Shown: in pieces, positions 36,902-46,915 of the stretch | Numbering within the stretch: position 1 is the first letter of the stretch | Layout of the letters: each line of letters starts with the position of its first letter | Virus record (IMG/VR): IMGVR_UViG_3300028797_000007 | Coordinates: 32,001-96,000 of that record | DNA: 64,000 nucleotides | Reading direction: 5' to 3' (one strand) | Origin: a virus | Taxonomy: Duplodnaviria > Caudoviricetes | Made by a program: the position numbers and the translations under genes | Notes under the pieces: model-generated | What the model was told of the DNA's origin: nothing | Database searches by the model: none | Seen by the model: only the letters and a program-made list of their open reading frames with translations

Positions 36902-37189
36902 ATGAACACAGAAAAATTAGATAAATGAATAAAAATATTGCTAGCTATCCTTGGCGGCCAAATCGTTTTAATATTATGGGTATTTGCAATATTACTAGCT
37001 GGCCATGATTGCGCACTAATGTATGAATATGTGAAGCAAGACGGCACAACAGGTATGGCAAATATGTGCTATAATACAGAACGTGGTAAAGTATGCCGTG
37101 AAGATAATCGTAGTTTTATAGTTGTAGAGTATAAACAAGGAGACGTATGCAAAAATGACTGAAGAAGAGAAACGCTTAAAAGAGATTAA
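36902..37189 (+). CDS. Membrane protein (TGA=Trp at codon 9)
   Basis: GAGGTG RBS, MNTEKLDK(W)IKILLAILGG...; end is 37189 if the TGA at 37160 is read through. Confidence 0.55.
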
Positions 37190-37319
37190 ACATCTCTTAT
37201 GGCTTAAAAGTGAATTGATAAAACAAACTAAAAAAGAGATGGTGGCATTGCGCGAAGAGCGTGATTCCATTGAGGGGCAAAAGAGGCTAGTGCGCAAGGC
37301 ACAGAAAAACAAAAAATAA
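37155..37319 (+). CDS. Small coiled-coil basic protein
   Basis: MTEEEKRLKEIKHLLWLKSELIKQ...; AAGGAG upstream. Confidence 0.5.
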   Translation: MTEEEKRLKEIKHLLWLKSELIKQTKKEMVALREERDSIEGQKRLVRKAQKNKK

Positions 37320-37375
37320 TTTTGTAAATTCGGATTTTAGCTTTGTAAATTCGGGTAGGTGCTCTATGTTATATA

Positions 37376-37433
37376 CGAAAATTTGTTCGGTATTTTACTA
37401 AACCCACCCCCCACCTTTGCGAACATTTGTTCG
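37376..37433. promoter_or_regulatory. Two Firmicute LexA (SOS/Cheo) boxes
   Basis: CGAAAATTTGTTCG (37376) and CGAACATTTGTTCG (37420); consensus CGAAC-N4-GTTCG. Confidence 0.65.
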
Positions 37434-37611
37434 TGGGTATGGGTAGGGTGTCCCTAGTCCACTTGTCAAGTTAAAATGTAAAGTGTAAAAAAGTTATTAA
37501 AAAGTATTTACAATAAAAAAATTGTATGTTATAATTAGTATGTAAGATAAAGGAAGGGTATAACCTTTTATAAGTCTTATATAGTGTTATTAAAAGAAAG
37601 GTTGTGATATT

Positions 37612-37866
37612 ATGAATAACACAAAACAAAAAAAGAATATAGGAAAGGTTTTAAAGTCAATTAAGTGGGAAAACATTTATTGCCTTATTAGTTTAATACT
37701 TGACTTTGTAGGTATTATAAAACACATTCAATTAAATGGTTTCTATGCTATGTTAGGTTTTGAATTGATATTCTACTTTGGTTCTACTTTTATGGTAAGA
37801 TACTTAATAAAAGATATTAGAACTAACCCAAAAAATTGGTCAATGCTATTCTATGACTATGAATAA
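37612..37866 (+). CDS. Two-TM membrane protein
   Basis: Promoter, RBS AAAGAAAGGTTGTGA and downstream terminator. Confidence 0.65.
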   Translation: MNNTKQKKNIGKVLKSIKWENIYCLISLILDFVGIIKHIQLNGFYAMLGFELIFYFGSTFMVRYLIKDIRTNPKNWSMLFYDYE

Positions 37867-37905
37867 AAGACTTAAAAAAAGTCTTTTTTCTTTTAGTATT
37901 AAATA

Positions 37906-37919
37906 CGAACATATGTTTG
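37906..37919. promoter_or_regulatory. LexA box
   Basis: CGAACATATGTTTG upstream of tandem TTGACT promoters at 37952 and 38044. Confidence 0.55.
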
Positions 37920-38256
37920 TATAAAAAAATGTATTTTTTGTTAAAAAGTTATTGACTTGTTAGGTCATATATGATACAATTATAATGTAATAAGTTAAGA
38001 GTAGGCACTTAATAAAAATATCAAAAAAACTTTAAAAAAAGTATTGACTTTATAAAGGTTATATGATACAATATAAGTGTAATAAGAAAAAGAGTAAAAG
38101 ACTTATTACAAAACAATGTTCTTTGAAAAAGTAGTTATAATATCATTACTTACTTAAAGTTATTTAGTCAAGTAATTAAATGATTTTAAGTAGGTAATAA
38201 AACCTACATAGTAGTAGTTTACTTATAAGAGTAAATAAAAGAAAGGTTGTGATATT

Positions 38257-38541
38257 ATGGTAAAACTATCTACTGATAAAGCAAAGGTTGTCGTTAAATG
38301 CCTTGCTAATGAAACTGACTACATTTGTAGTGATAAGTTCTTTGATAAGTACAAAGAAGAACTTGAAAAAGTTAGCATTAAGAAAGGAAATAGTTGTAGT
38401 TCTTGCTTATCAATGGCAACTCTAAAAGAGATTATTACAAAAACTCCAAAAAGTGTTGTAATTGATGGCAAAGAAAAACTTTTACAACATTACAAGTTAA
38501 TTGATAACTACAAAGACTTTATCGAAGAAGAAAGCAACTAG
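38257..38541 (+). CDS. Hypothetical protein
   Basis: Same RBS string as the 37612 gene. Confidence 0.65.
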   Translation: MVKLSTDKAKVVVKCLANETDYICSDKFFDKYKEELEKVSIKKGNSCSSCLSMATLKEIITKTPKSVVIDGKEKLLQHYKLIDNYKDFIEEESN

Positions 38542-38704
38542 TTTTCTTCTTGTATAAGGTATTGACTTAATAGGTCAATGCTTTATACAAGTAGAAAATT
38601 GAAAAAATGGACTACTTGAAAAAATGTTCTTTGAAAACTCGGTTATTGATTTTATACACTTTAAAAGCAAAATGATATATTAGAAAAGGTGTGTGTATAA
38701 TTAA

Positions 38705-39535
38705 ATGATAACTATAAATGAAAAAAATAATATTGTTTTAGGTGAACCTAAGATTTTAAATAGGTCTAGGTGTGGGTATGGTGTTTGGTTAGACACTGAA
38801 ACTTGCAACAATGACAAAATGATTTTTGATTTTAGTATTAAGTTAGTAAACTTAAAAAATGGCAGTGTAAAAGAAGAACATTCGTTCGTTATTGAAGACA
38901 CTTACAAAACTAAAAAAATAATCATGGGTCAATATAGCAAGTTAAAAAGAAAGCAATACAAAACACTTTTAAAAAGTGGGTATTATAAAATGATAACTAG
39001 AAAAGAGTTAATAAACTTTTTAAATGAGTTATTCGAAACTTATAATATTTCATGTGTTTGTGCTTTTAATATTGAGTTTGATATTCAAGCATTATATAAT
39101 ACTTTGACTTATACGAATAGTCGTATGAAATACTTTAAAGAACCTTTAATCAATGACTTACACGAATTAAAGTTCTTTGAAACTGATATGCTTGATTTGT
39201 GGGCATATGCTAGTATAATATTTGCAAGTAATGACTATAAAAAATGGTATACAAGCAAAGGTTATAAAATGACTAAAAAAGGTTTTCTTAAAACTGGGGT
39301 TGAAATGCTAACTAGATACCTAAAAGAAAACGGAAAGTTCGTTGAGGCACATAGGGGACAAGAAGACTTGGATAACGAGTATAACATATTTGTTTCAAGT
39401 GCTTTATTAAGAAACGATAAAAAACTTTTAGTCAATGTTAGTGGTCTAAAAGCATTATCACTTGCAAAACCTAAAAAGACTGATAGAAAGTCAAAACAAT
39501 ATTCTATGTTTATAAAACAAATATTAGAAAATTAA
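38705..39535 (+). CDS. DEDDh 3'-5' exonuclease (DnaQ-like)
   Basis: LDTET (ExoI), AFNIEFD (ExoII), DLW, EAHRGQED (ExoIII). Confidence 0.8.
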   Translation: MITINEKNNIVLGEPKILNRSRCGYGVWLDTETCNNDKMIFDFSIKLVNLKNGSVKEEHSFVIEDTYKTKKIIMGQYSKLKRKQYKTLLKSGYYKMITRKELINFLNELFETYNISCVCAFNIEFDIQALYNTLTYTNSRMKYFKEPLINDLHELKFFETDMLDLWAYASIIFASNDYKKWYTSKGYKMTKKGFLKTGVEMLTRYLKENGKFVEAHRGQEDLDNEYNIFVSSALLRNDKKLLVNVSGLKALSLAKPKKTDRKSKQYSMFIKQILEN

Positions 39536-39896
39536 TATAGGGGGTTTATAAATAGGGGGTTATCGATTAAAAAGAGTATAAGTCAATAACGAGTTAATAA
39601 GGACATAAAATCACAACCTTATTATATAAATAGGTTGCAACCATGGGGCATAAAATTGCCCCTTAATTTTTTTGTAAAAAAGTGAAAAAAAGTATTGACA
39701 AATAAAAAAAATATGGTATAATATAGGTGCTTTTAAAGAAGAAAGACACACATAAAAGCAAATAATATATCATGAGTAATAACTTATTTTTACACAACCT
39801 TTAGAGTTATTACAAAATAAATAGGGGGTTGAGAACCCTATTTTTTTGTGCTATTTTTTATATAGAGATATTTTTCTTATAGAGAAAATATAGGAG

Positions 39897-39910
39897 CGAA
39901 CAAATGTTCG
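39897..39910. promoter_or_regulatory. LexA box
   Basis: CGAACAAATGTTCG. Confidence 0.6.
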
Positions 39911-40206
39911 GTCTTTTTTTGTGCCTCGAAATAGGTAGTTCCCCAAAAGGTTAGGTTAGGTATTGGAACCAACCTATTAGGCCGCCACCAAAGGAGCTGG
40001 GAGCTGGAAAAAGGTAGCGCTGCGCGCTTGCTGCGCAACGCACCCGGGTGTATCGCATTAAGGAGCTGCGTCGGAGCTGGGCGAAGCCCTGCGACCAAGA
40101 TAAAAAAAAAAAAAAAAAAATATTTCCCCTTTTTTTATACCATATTTCCGTCCCCATTGTCAAGTTTTTTAACTAAATTTTTTTTAAAAAATTTTCAAAA
40201 AATTTC

Positions 40207-40604
40207 TTGACTTCATAGGCGTTTTGTAGTATAATTATATTAGAAAAGAAAGAAAAGGGCAAAACTTAAAAAAGGGTACGGGCGGACGCCAGTCCCCCCT
40301 AACCCCCCATTCTTATATTATATCATAAGGAGCTGCATCTTGTCAAGAGTTTTTTAGAAAAAAAATTAAAAAAAATTAAGCAAAAACTATTGACTTTAAC
40401 AGAAAAATTTGATATAATATATATAGAAAAGATGAGAAAAGAATAAACAAAAAAATTCTAAAGCAAAATTAAAAAAAATAGTTGACTTCTTCTTCTGAAT
40501 ATGATATAATATATATAGAAAAGAAAAAGAAAGAAACTAAACAAAAAAGTTTTGCAAAAATCTTTTCAAAAAGTGTTGACTTTCACTTAGAGTTGTGATA
40601 TAAT
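40207..40604 (+). promoter_or_regulatory. Four tandem sigma-A promoters
   Basis: TTGACT-N17-TATAAT at about 40207, 40390, 40482 and 40576. Confidence 0.75.
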
Positions 40605-40680
40605 ATATATGACAATGAAAAAAGTCAAAATTAAAAGGAAAGGGCATTTACATTAGTCGGTAAATGTTAGGGTGATTAAA

Positions 40681-40965
40681 ATGGCTAAAATGGTTGGAAT
40701 GAACAAAAACTACAGAGAAGTTGGAGCAGTATTAAGAACATTTGAAAACGGTGCTGCATTCGCTAGAGAAGTATTAAATAAAATGGAAGGTAGAACTTTC
40801 AACTCAGTTAACGCTACTTTAGCAGCAATGGCTACTAAAGGCTATGTATCAAAAGCAAAAGCAGTATTTGAAGACAAAATGTTAACAAAATACACTTTAA
40901 CTGAAGCAGGTATCGCTGAATTAGATAAACCTGAAGAAGTTCCTGCTGATGAAGATGCTGAATAG
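40681..40965 (+). CDS. Small winged-helix protein (paralogue 1)
   Basis: AFAREVL...TFNSVNATLAAMATKGYVSKAKA.FEDKMLTKYTLT. Confidence 0.7.
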   Translation: MAKMVGMNKNYREVGAVLRTFENGAAFAREVLNKMEGRTFNSVNATLAAMATKGYVSKAKAVFEDKMLTKYTLTEAGIAELDKPEEVPADEDAE

Positions 40966-41216
40966 CATCTTTTTTTTAAAGTCTTTTTTTTATAAAAAAA
41001 ACTCTCCCATTATATATATATTATACCATGAAATACAAGTACTTGTCAACTATTTTTAAAAATTTTTTTAGCGAAATTTTGCCAGGTTTCTGGCATATTT
41101 TTTTCTGGCATATTTTTTGCCCGCCCCCTATATTTTGGTGACGGAGCTGCACCCCGTATTTTGCCTCCGCCCAAAAGGAGCTGCTCCCTTATTAAATGTA
41201 TTAGGGGGCCGCCCCC

Positions 41217-41230
41217 CGAACATATGTTTG
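41217..41230. promoter_or_regulatory. LexA box
   Basis: CGAACATATGTTTG. Confidence 0.5.
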
Positions 41231-41552
41231 GTAAAAGGAGCTGGACCTGAAGCAGAGCAGATGATGGAACAAAGGAGCTGCGGAGCAGCGACCAAAGGAA
41301 TATATATATAATAATAATACTCTCCCATTCTAATATAATTATACACCATCGCGCCAGTGTTTGTCAACTATTTAAAGCAAGATTTAGGATATTTTTTTAG
41401 GGCATAAAAAAAAGAGATAGCGAACACGCGCTACCTCTGTATAGCCCTTAAACTTGACAGGAGCTACCTCTGTTGAGGTACCTCATACCCCACCGCTTTA
41501 TCCCACATATTACCACACATAAAAAAAATAGGTATGTGTAAAATAGGTAGAG

Positions 41553-41807
41553 TATATAATTACTATATATATTACTTATATATAACCTACATATATATTA
41601 TACTTATACTACCTATTATATTATTATTATACCTATTATTATATTACTACTTATTATTACTACATAATATATACTTATACTATATATTATTACTATATAC
41701 TTATTATTACTATATACTAAATACTACTATATACTATATATTACTATATATATATTACTACTTATATTATACTATATATTATATATATATTATACTTATT
41801 TTTACTA
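41553..41807 (+). repeat. G-free A/T/C low-complexity tract
   Basis: About 255 nt of TAT/TAC/ATA units with no G on the + strand. Confidence 0.85.
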
Positions 41808-41899
41808 GATAGTATTTAACTACTTCGTAAACTACAATTTTAGTATATATTTAATTTGGTAGGGTAGTATATTTTATTATATTATACTACCCGCTAATG

Positions 41900-42169
41900 C
41901 TAACGCACTTTTTGTTTTGGTATGCCCCCTTTTAAGCCTCCCTCTAATGAGTAGTTAAGGAATTTAACCATTTCTGTGCCTCTTAGGATTAGAGCTGCCT
42001 TGGTCTTATCTACTACCCCTTTTCTGGCTAATGTTAATACCATTGATTGTGCCTTAAATTCAGTGTAGCCTTTTCCTAGCATATCTGCTATTTGTTTTGG
42101 TGTTGCCATACCTTCGTTTAATACTCTTACGATTTTTTCCTCGTTATGTGTCAACATCATAATGCTCAC
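41900..42169 (-). CDS. Small winged-helix protein (divergent paralogue 2)
   Basis: LTHNEEKIVRVL...TPKQIA...LTLARKGVVDKTKA. Confidence 0.6.
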   Translation of the reverse strand: MSIMMLTHNEEKIVRVLNEGMATPKQIADMLGKGYTEFKAQSMVLTLARKGVVDKTKAALILRGTEMVKFLNYSLEGGLKGGIPKQKVR

Positions 42170-42771
42170 GCTCCTTTCCTTTTTTCCTTAGCATTATTTC
42201 TTTATTACAATTATATTATACTACGACTTGGTGCCGTTTTTCAAGTATTTATTTCATATTTCTAGCATATTTTTTGTAGGTGTGCACTCCTTGCCTTGTT
42301 CCCCCATATTTGGAGGAGGTATCCCTGTACCAGCATATTTGCTGTACGGCACTGGACTGTGTCCGTAAAGGTTTGACAGGACTTGACTACCCGTCCACTA
42401 ATCCCCAAGGACCTACTATATGCAGCCGTTCCTAACGTGTTAGGCCATAACTCGCCTCTTCTTTTAAAGTCAAACGAGGAGAAAACTCGGCTCTGCCTTG
42501 CCTGCCAGGCTTATCCATCGCCCTGATAAGTGGGAACGCTAACCCCACGACCTAGCGTTTAGTCGGCTCGTGTATTTAACCACCCTCAACGAGTCATTGG
42601 AAAGGGAATCACCCCTATTGGTTGTTTGCAAACTAGTGTTTTTTACCTATCCTAATACGCAGTCCCGAAGGCACTGGGATACAAGGTTCGCTTCCTTGGT
42701 CCGCGGTCAAGGATTTAAGATAGCCTACAAAACTTAAATCCCTCAACGCGAACTAAGCAAGTGCTTAGTTA

Positions 42772-42927
42772 TTAGATAGCATACTTTGCTGCTCTTGGAT
42801 TAGCGTTTCTGCCGTGTAACTTTTTGTTAGTCTTGCCTTTTCTAGCTAGGTTTGCTGCTGTTCTCATGAATTGAGCAGAATTTTTGTCTACTACAATTTT
42901 GCTTACAGTTGGTTTTCTTTTAGCCAT
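42772..42927 (-). CDS. Small basic protein, 51 aa, paralogue of 49412..49639
   Basis: MAKRKPTVSK...AQF...NLARKGKTNKKL...NPRAAKYAI; structured leader and own promoter. Confidence 0.65.
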   Translation of the reverse strand: MAKRKPTVSKIVVDKNSAQFMRTAANLARKGKTNKKLHGRNANPRAAKYAI

Positions 42928-43145
42928 TTCGTTCACCCTTCACAGCATTTCTGCCGTGCCTTTCCATTTTATTTTTTCTTTTGTTTTTCTATATATATTA
43001 TATCACTTTTTGAACCTTTGTTCAAGTGATTTTTTAATTTTTTGCAACTTATTTTTTTAGGTAGTTGCCAAACCTTTTTGAAATGTATTTCTTTTTCATT
43101 TCTATAATAATTATATCATTATCAGGTGGCTTTGTTCAAGTCTTT

Positions 43146-43364
43146 TTATTCAAAATTGCTTAAAATTTTGAACTTAGGATTTGGGTCGCCATCTTTGCAA
43201 GTGCAGTTATATAAGTAGATTTCGTGGTTTACAATATTAGCTACGCTATGTAAACTATCATAACTGCCGATTGAATACCAAGTAAACGCAGGATAAATGA
43301 TGTGTCCCTCTTCATCTACTATATCTTTTTCAGCATATCTAAATACTTCCCACATAACTATCAC
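43146..43364 (-). CDS. Hypothetical protein
   Basis: Own promoter and RBS. Confidence 0.55.
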   Translation of the reverse strand: MIVMWEVFRYAEKDIVDEEGHIIYPAFTWYSIGSYDSLHSVANIVNHEIYLYNCTCKDGDPNPKFKILSNFE

Positions 43365-43686
43365 TTTCCTTTCTTTATTACAATTATATTATATCATTTT
43401 TAGGTGGCTCTGTTCAAGTTTTTTAAAAACTTTTTTGTTAAGCCTCCTCGCCAAATATTGACCTCTTTTGTGCACGCGACCTCTCGACAGTGACCATACT
43501 CACCTACCCGACTTACATAGCGAACTGCGTTGGACTCTTGTATGGTATATAGGAGCAGGTCAATCAGTTCCACCACAGCCATTTATCTTTTTCGCCCATA
43601 ATCATTGGACTGACGATAGTTAGGCTTCACTCCCTTTTCCCGAGTATAAAAATCAATATCTGGCGGCGAGGTTTAACTCTCACCTT

Positions 43687-43788
43687 TTAAGGAATAAATA
43701 CCTCAATGACAGAAACTATTAGTAGTATTACGGCAATCAATAAGCAAACTCCCATCATTTTAATATAATGTAATTTATTGCTATTCAT
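43687..43788 (-). CDS. 33-aa hydrophobic peptide
   Basis: MNSNKLHYIKMMGVCLLIAVILLIVSVIEVFIP; GAGGTG RBS and own promoter. Confidence 0.5.
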   Translation of the reverse strand: MNSNKLHYIKMMGVCLLIAVILLIVSVIEVFIP

Positions 43789-43868
43789 AATACCACCTCT
43801 TTCCTTTTTTTCTTTTTCTTTTTACAATTTAATTATACAATAAAAAGGTAGTTCTGTTCAAGTATTTT

Positions 43869-44144
43869 TTAGTTTAATTTTGCTTTAATTATATAATACA
43901 TTTCTACTGTGCCAGTTTCATAAGTTACTTCTAAAGTACCCCTTTCCCTATCTAAATTATAAGTAAACTGATAATCCATTTCCACAGCATCGGCTCTAAT
44001 TTCATCTAAAATATTCATTATTTCAGTTTCTGCCTTTGCTCTAGAGCTATGTAAAGCGTGGTTTTCATTACATATTAAAGTAACTAAACCTTGGTCATCG
44101 TGTTCAAAACCTGTAACAATGTAATAATATCTATCTTTAATCAT
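43869..44144 (-). CDS. Hypothetical protein
   Basis: RBS before ATG 44144; own promoter. Confidence 0.6.
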   Translation of the reverse strand: MIKDRYYYIVTGFEHDDQGLVTLICNENHALHSSRAKAETEIMNILDEIRADAVEMDYQFTYNLDRERGTLEVTYETGTVEMYYIIKAKLN

Positions 44145-44448
44145 ACTATCCCCTCTCCTTTCTATATTTTCTTTCTTTTTTCTAAATATATTATAATATA
44201 AAATGCTACCTCTGTTCAAGTCTTTTTTACCCTAAAATTTACATATCATTTTTAAAGCGATTTAAGGCACCGTAGAGCGACGAAATAGTTTTAATGATAA
44301 ATTATATTAAAAAAATATTAAAAGCTGTTTATACTAGCTCATTTCGCTTTATATGAGGTATTTATACTTCATTTAAAAAAAATATTTTTTAAAACATAAA
44401 AAAAGATAGGTCGGTCCTATCTTTCTATATCAATCTATCCCCCTACTA

Positions 44449-44703
44449 TTATTCAGCGTCTACTGAAACAGTATATTGAGTTAACATCTTGTCGCCTGAA
44501 ACAGCTTTAGCTTTAGTAGCTAATCCTTTTCCAGCACAAGCAGCTAGAGTAGCATTTACAGCATTGAAAGTTTTTAATTCAGTTCTATCTGCATAATTTT
44601 CGTCTAAGTATTCTAATACTTCACGAGCAAATGCTTTTCCTCCTAATTCTTTTACTGCATTGATAGCAGTTTCCATTTTACCTGTAACTTTTACTTCGTT
44701 CAT
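44449..44703 (-). CDS. Small winged-helix protein (paralogue 3)
   Basis: AFAREVL...TFNAVNATLAACAGKGLATKAKA...DKMLTQYT. Confidence 0.7.
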   Translation of the reverse strand: MNEVKVTGKMETAINAVKELGGKAFAREVLEYLDENYADRTELKTFNAVNATLAACAGKGLATKAKAVSGDKMLTQYTVSVDAE

Positions 44704-46308
44704 TGTTTTCACCCTTAACAATTAACTTGTCCCTTTCTTTTAATTTTTACATATATATTATAACACTTTTTTAACCGACTTTCAAGTGTTTTAATCATTT
44801 TTTTTAAGGTCAACTTTCGTTAGTTTCATCTCGCAACATCAGGTAGGGAATCACTCCATGCCCTTAGCTAAAAGAGCCGCCCACAGGTAAACCTTAATGG
44901 GGGGTCGCTATATCCCCAATGAAGACCTCGTAAATTAAGCAATATATACTTGCTTATTACGAGATTTTAAGTAAAAAACCTAAAACCCCCTAATAAATAA
45001 GTATATAAACGCCTAGTTGAGTGACTTGGTTGCCCGTCTGCTCAACTAGACGGAGGGAAGTATTAAGACTATTCCTAATCAGTGAGTAGCTTAAGTATCT
45101 GCACCTTTCGCCGTAGTCAACGGATACTCACACTTTCGCTAGCAGTGAGCTGCGTTGGTATGAAAGATTTAGATTTATAACACTGGTGCTCTTCATACAA
45201 GGTTCGCTACAGTCGTAACTCGGACACCTCCTTATGTGAAATTTACTAGGTAAAGTACACATCTGCCCTTTGTTTTGTATTTCGCACTCTGGTTCACTTT
45301 TCTCTTTCATTTTCTATATATATTATAACATTGTTTAATAGCATTCGTCAACTATTTTTTTAATGTTATTTCCAAAAAATAGATGTCCGCCCAAGGACTT
45401 TCACCAAGGGACGCCAACTCGAGGTTCAAAACAAATTACTGCTAGATGACCTGTTCGATTACCCTCTATATGAGCTGACCTTTATTTTCTTTCGTGTGTC
45501 TATATTCCACCACGGACAATAATTATGAAAGGTTGTGATGCCACCCCAATTTTAACCACAGTCTCTGGCACTAGGTGAACTTAATCTCCTAGGAGGGTTC
45601 GGGCCCCCGTGCGTCTTCCTTATTTCAAAGCTACGCGGTGGCATGTATAAACTAATTAAATGAGAACCTTTCGCATTTACCTTAAACCGATTAAATCGGG
45701 TGTAGAAATGGTAGCCTCGTCACTATACTTGGTATAGTAATTCTCACAAACTATTTTTCTTTCTTTCTAAAATAATTATATCATTTAACACTGCCTCAAA
45801 TCAAGTTTAAAACTTAAATTTGACTACTTAAATTTCGTTCGGTGTGTTAGAGAGGTTTTTGTTAACCATATTTATCAAACATCTCATAAAACTATGGTGT
45901 ATTCTTTTAAGTAAGGATTTTTCTCTTATGGTTATGACTCAAGGTCTACCAGCCTTACTATGGCTCACTTTCCAAATATTTCTTTTTCATTTGATATATA
46001 TATTATATCAAATATTTAAGATAATTTCAAGTTTTTTATAACCCATTTTTATCAAAACTTTTAAAATCTATGGGGCATTCTTTTTGATACTTTATTTCAC
46101 CGAAGTTACTGCATATCGGGCTCGCTTTCCAATTTCCTTTTTTTCTTTTTCTATATATATTATATAATATTTTGAATGCTTTTTTCAAGTCTTTTTTTCA
46201 AAATATTTTTCACAAAACGGTTACCCCGTTTTATTTTTTTCTTTTTCTTTTTTATTACAATTTAATTATATTATATTTCGCTACCTTTTGACAAGTATAT
46301 TTTTTAAT

Positions 46309-46915
46309 TTTATGCTCTTTGAAAAATAAAAGTATATGGTAGTCTTCCTACTAAGGTATTACATAAGATGAACTTCAGTCACCAGAGAGTTAAATGCCTC
46401 ATAAAGGAGCTACCTTTATTTCTACTTAACCCACACAAATGTGCCGGAGCTGGATGGGATTGGTACCCATTACTTTCACTTGTAATTTAGGCAATTTTGA
46501 TACCGCAATCAACGCCCTTGTCGCAGTCTTAAGCTACTCGCACTATCTTCCGTGTCTTATACCCATATTACTATGGTTCAGCTGCGACACTCGCTTATTG
46601 GTAATTCAGCTTCCCCTCTTGCCCACCACAGGCAGTGGTTCCACAGTCTCTCTCTTAAATATGGGGCTACCCATACCTAAGCCGTCAAGATGACGAGCGA
46701 CTGGAAGATATACTTTATCCACAATATATAATCCCCACAATCTACTTTCTTTTCAACCTATTAAAGTCGTCTTGTTATTTAGTTGCCTAAATAACCGTCT
46801 CCATCCATTGCTAAGTCTCCCAAGCAACTAAGAAGGGGCTGTAGATTTCCACCCCCTGACTACAATCAGGGTTTTTCAAGTGGTTCATACAATTTTATTT
46901 TTCAAAGAGCATAAA
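46309..46915 (-). ncRNA. Large structured ncRNA, ROOL-like (about 600 nt)
   Basis: Perfect 23-bp terminal inverted repeat; GC-elevated non-coding interior with many hairpins; size and tRNA-cluster context fit ROOL; family resemblance is from memory only. Confidence 0.45.

Larger units (their letters stand above)
39990..41466 (+). repeat. Cluster of co-oriented GGAGCT(G) motifs
   Basis: About 10 copies, all on the + strand, in GC-rich non-coding patches. Confidence 0.6.

Noticed and set aside
39990-41466. CRISPR array
   Set aside because: Repeats are only 6-8 nt and irregularly spaced; no cas genes
41534-41812. Tyr/Ile/Leu-rich 92-aa ORF
   Set aside because: Translation of a low-complexity tract with no RBS
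44815-44845. Hammerhead ribozyme (CTGATG...GAAA on the minus strand)
   Set aside because: The core is CTGATGT rather than CUGAUGA, and the three stems could not be built
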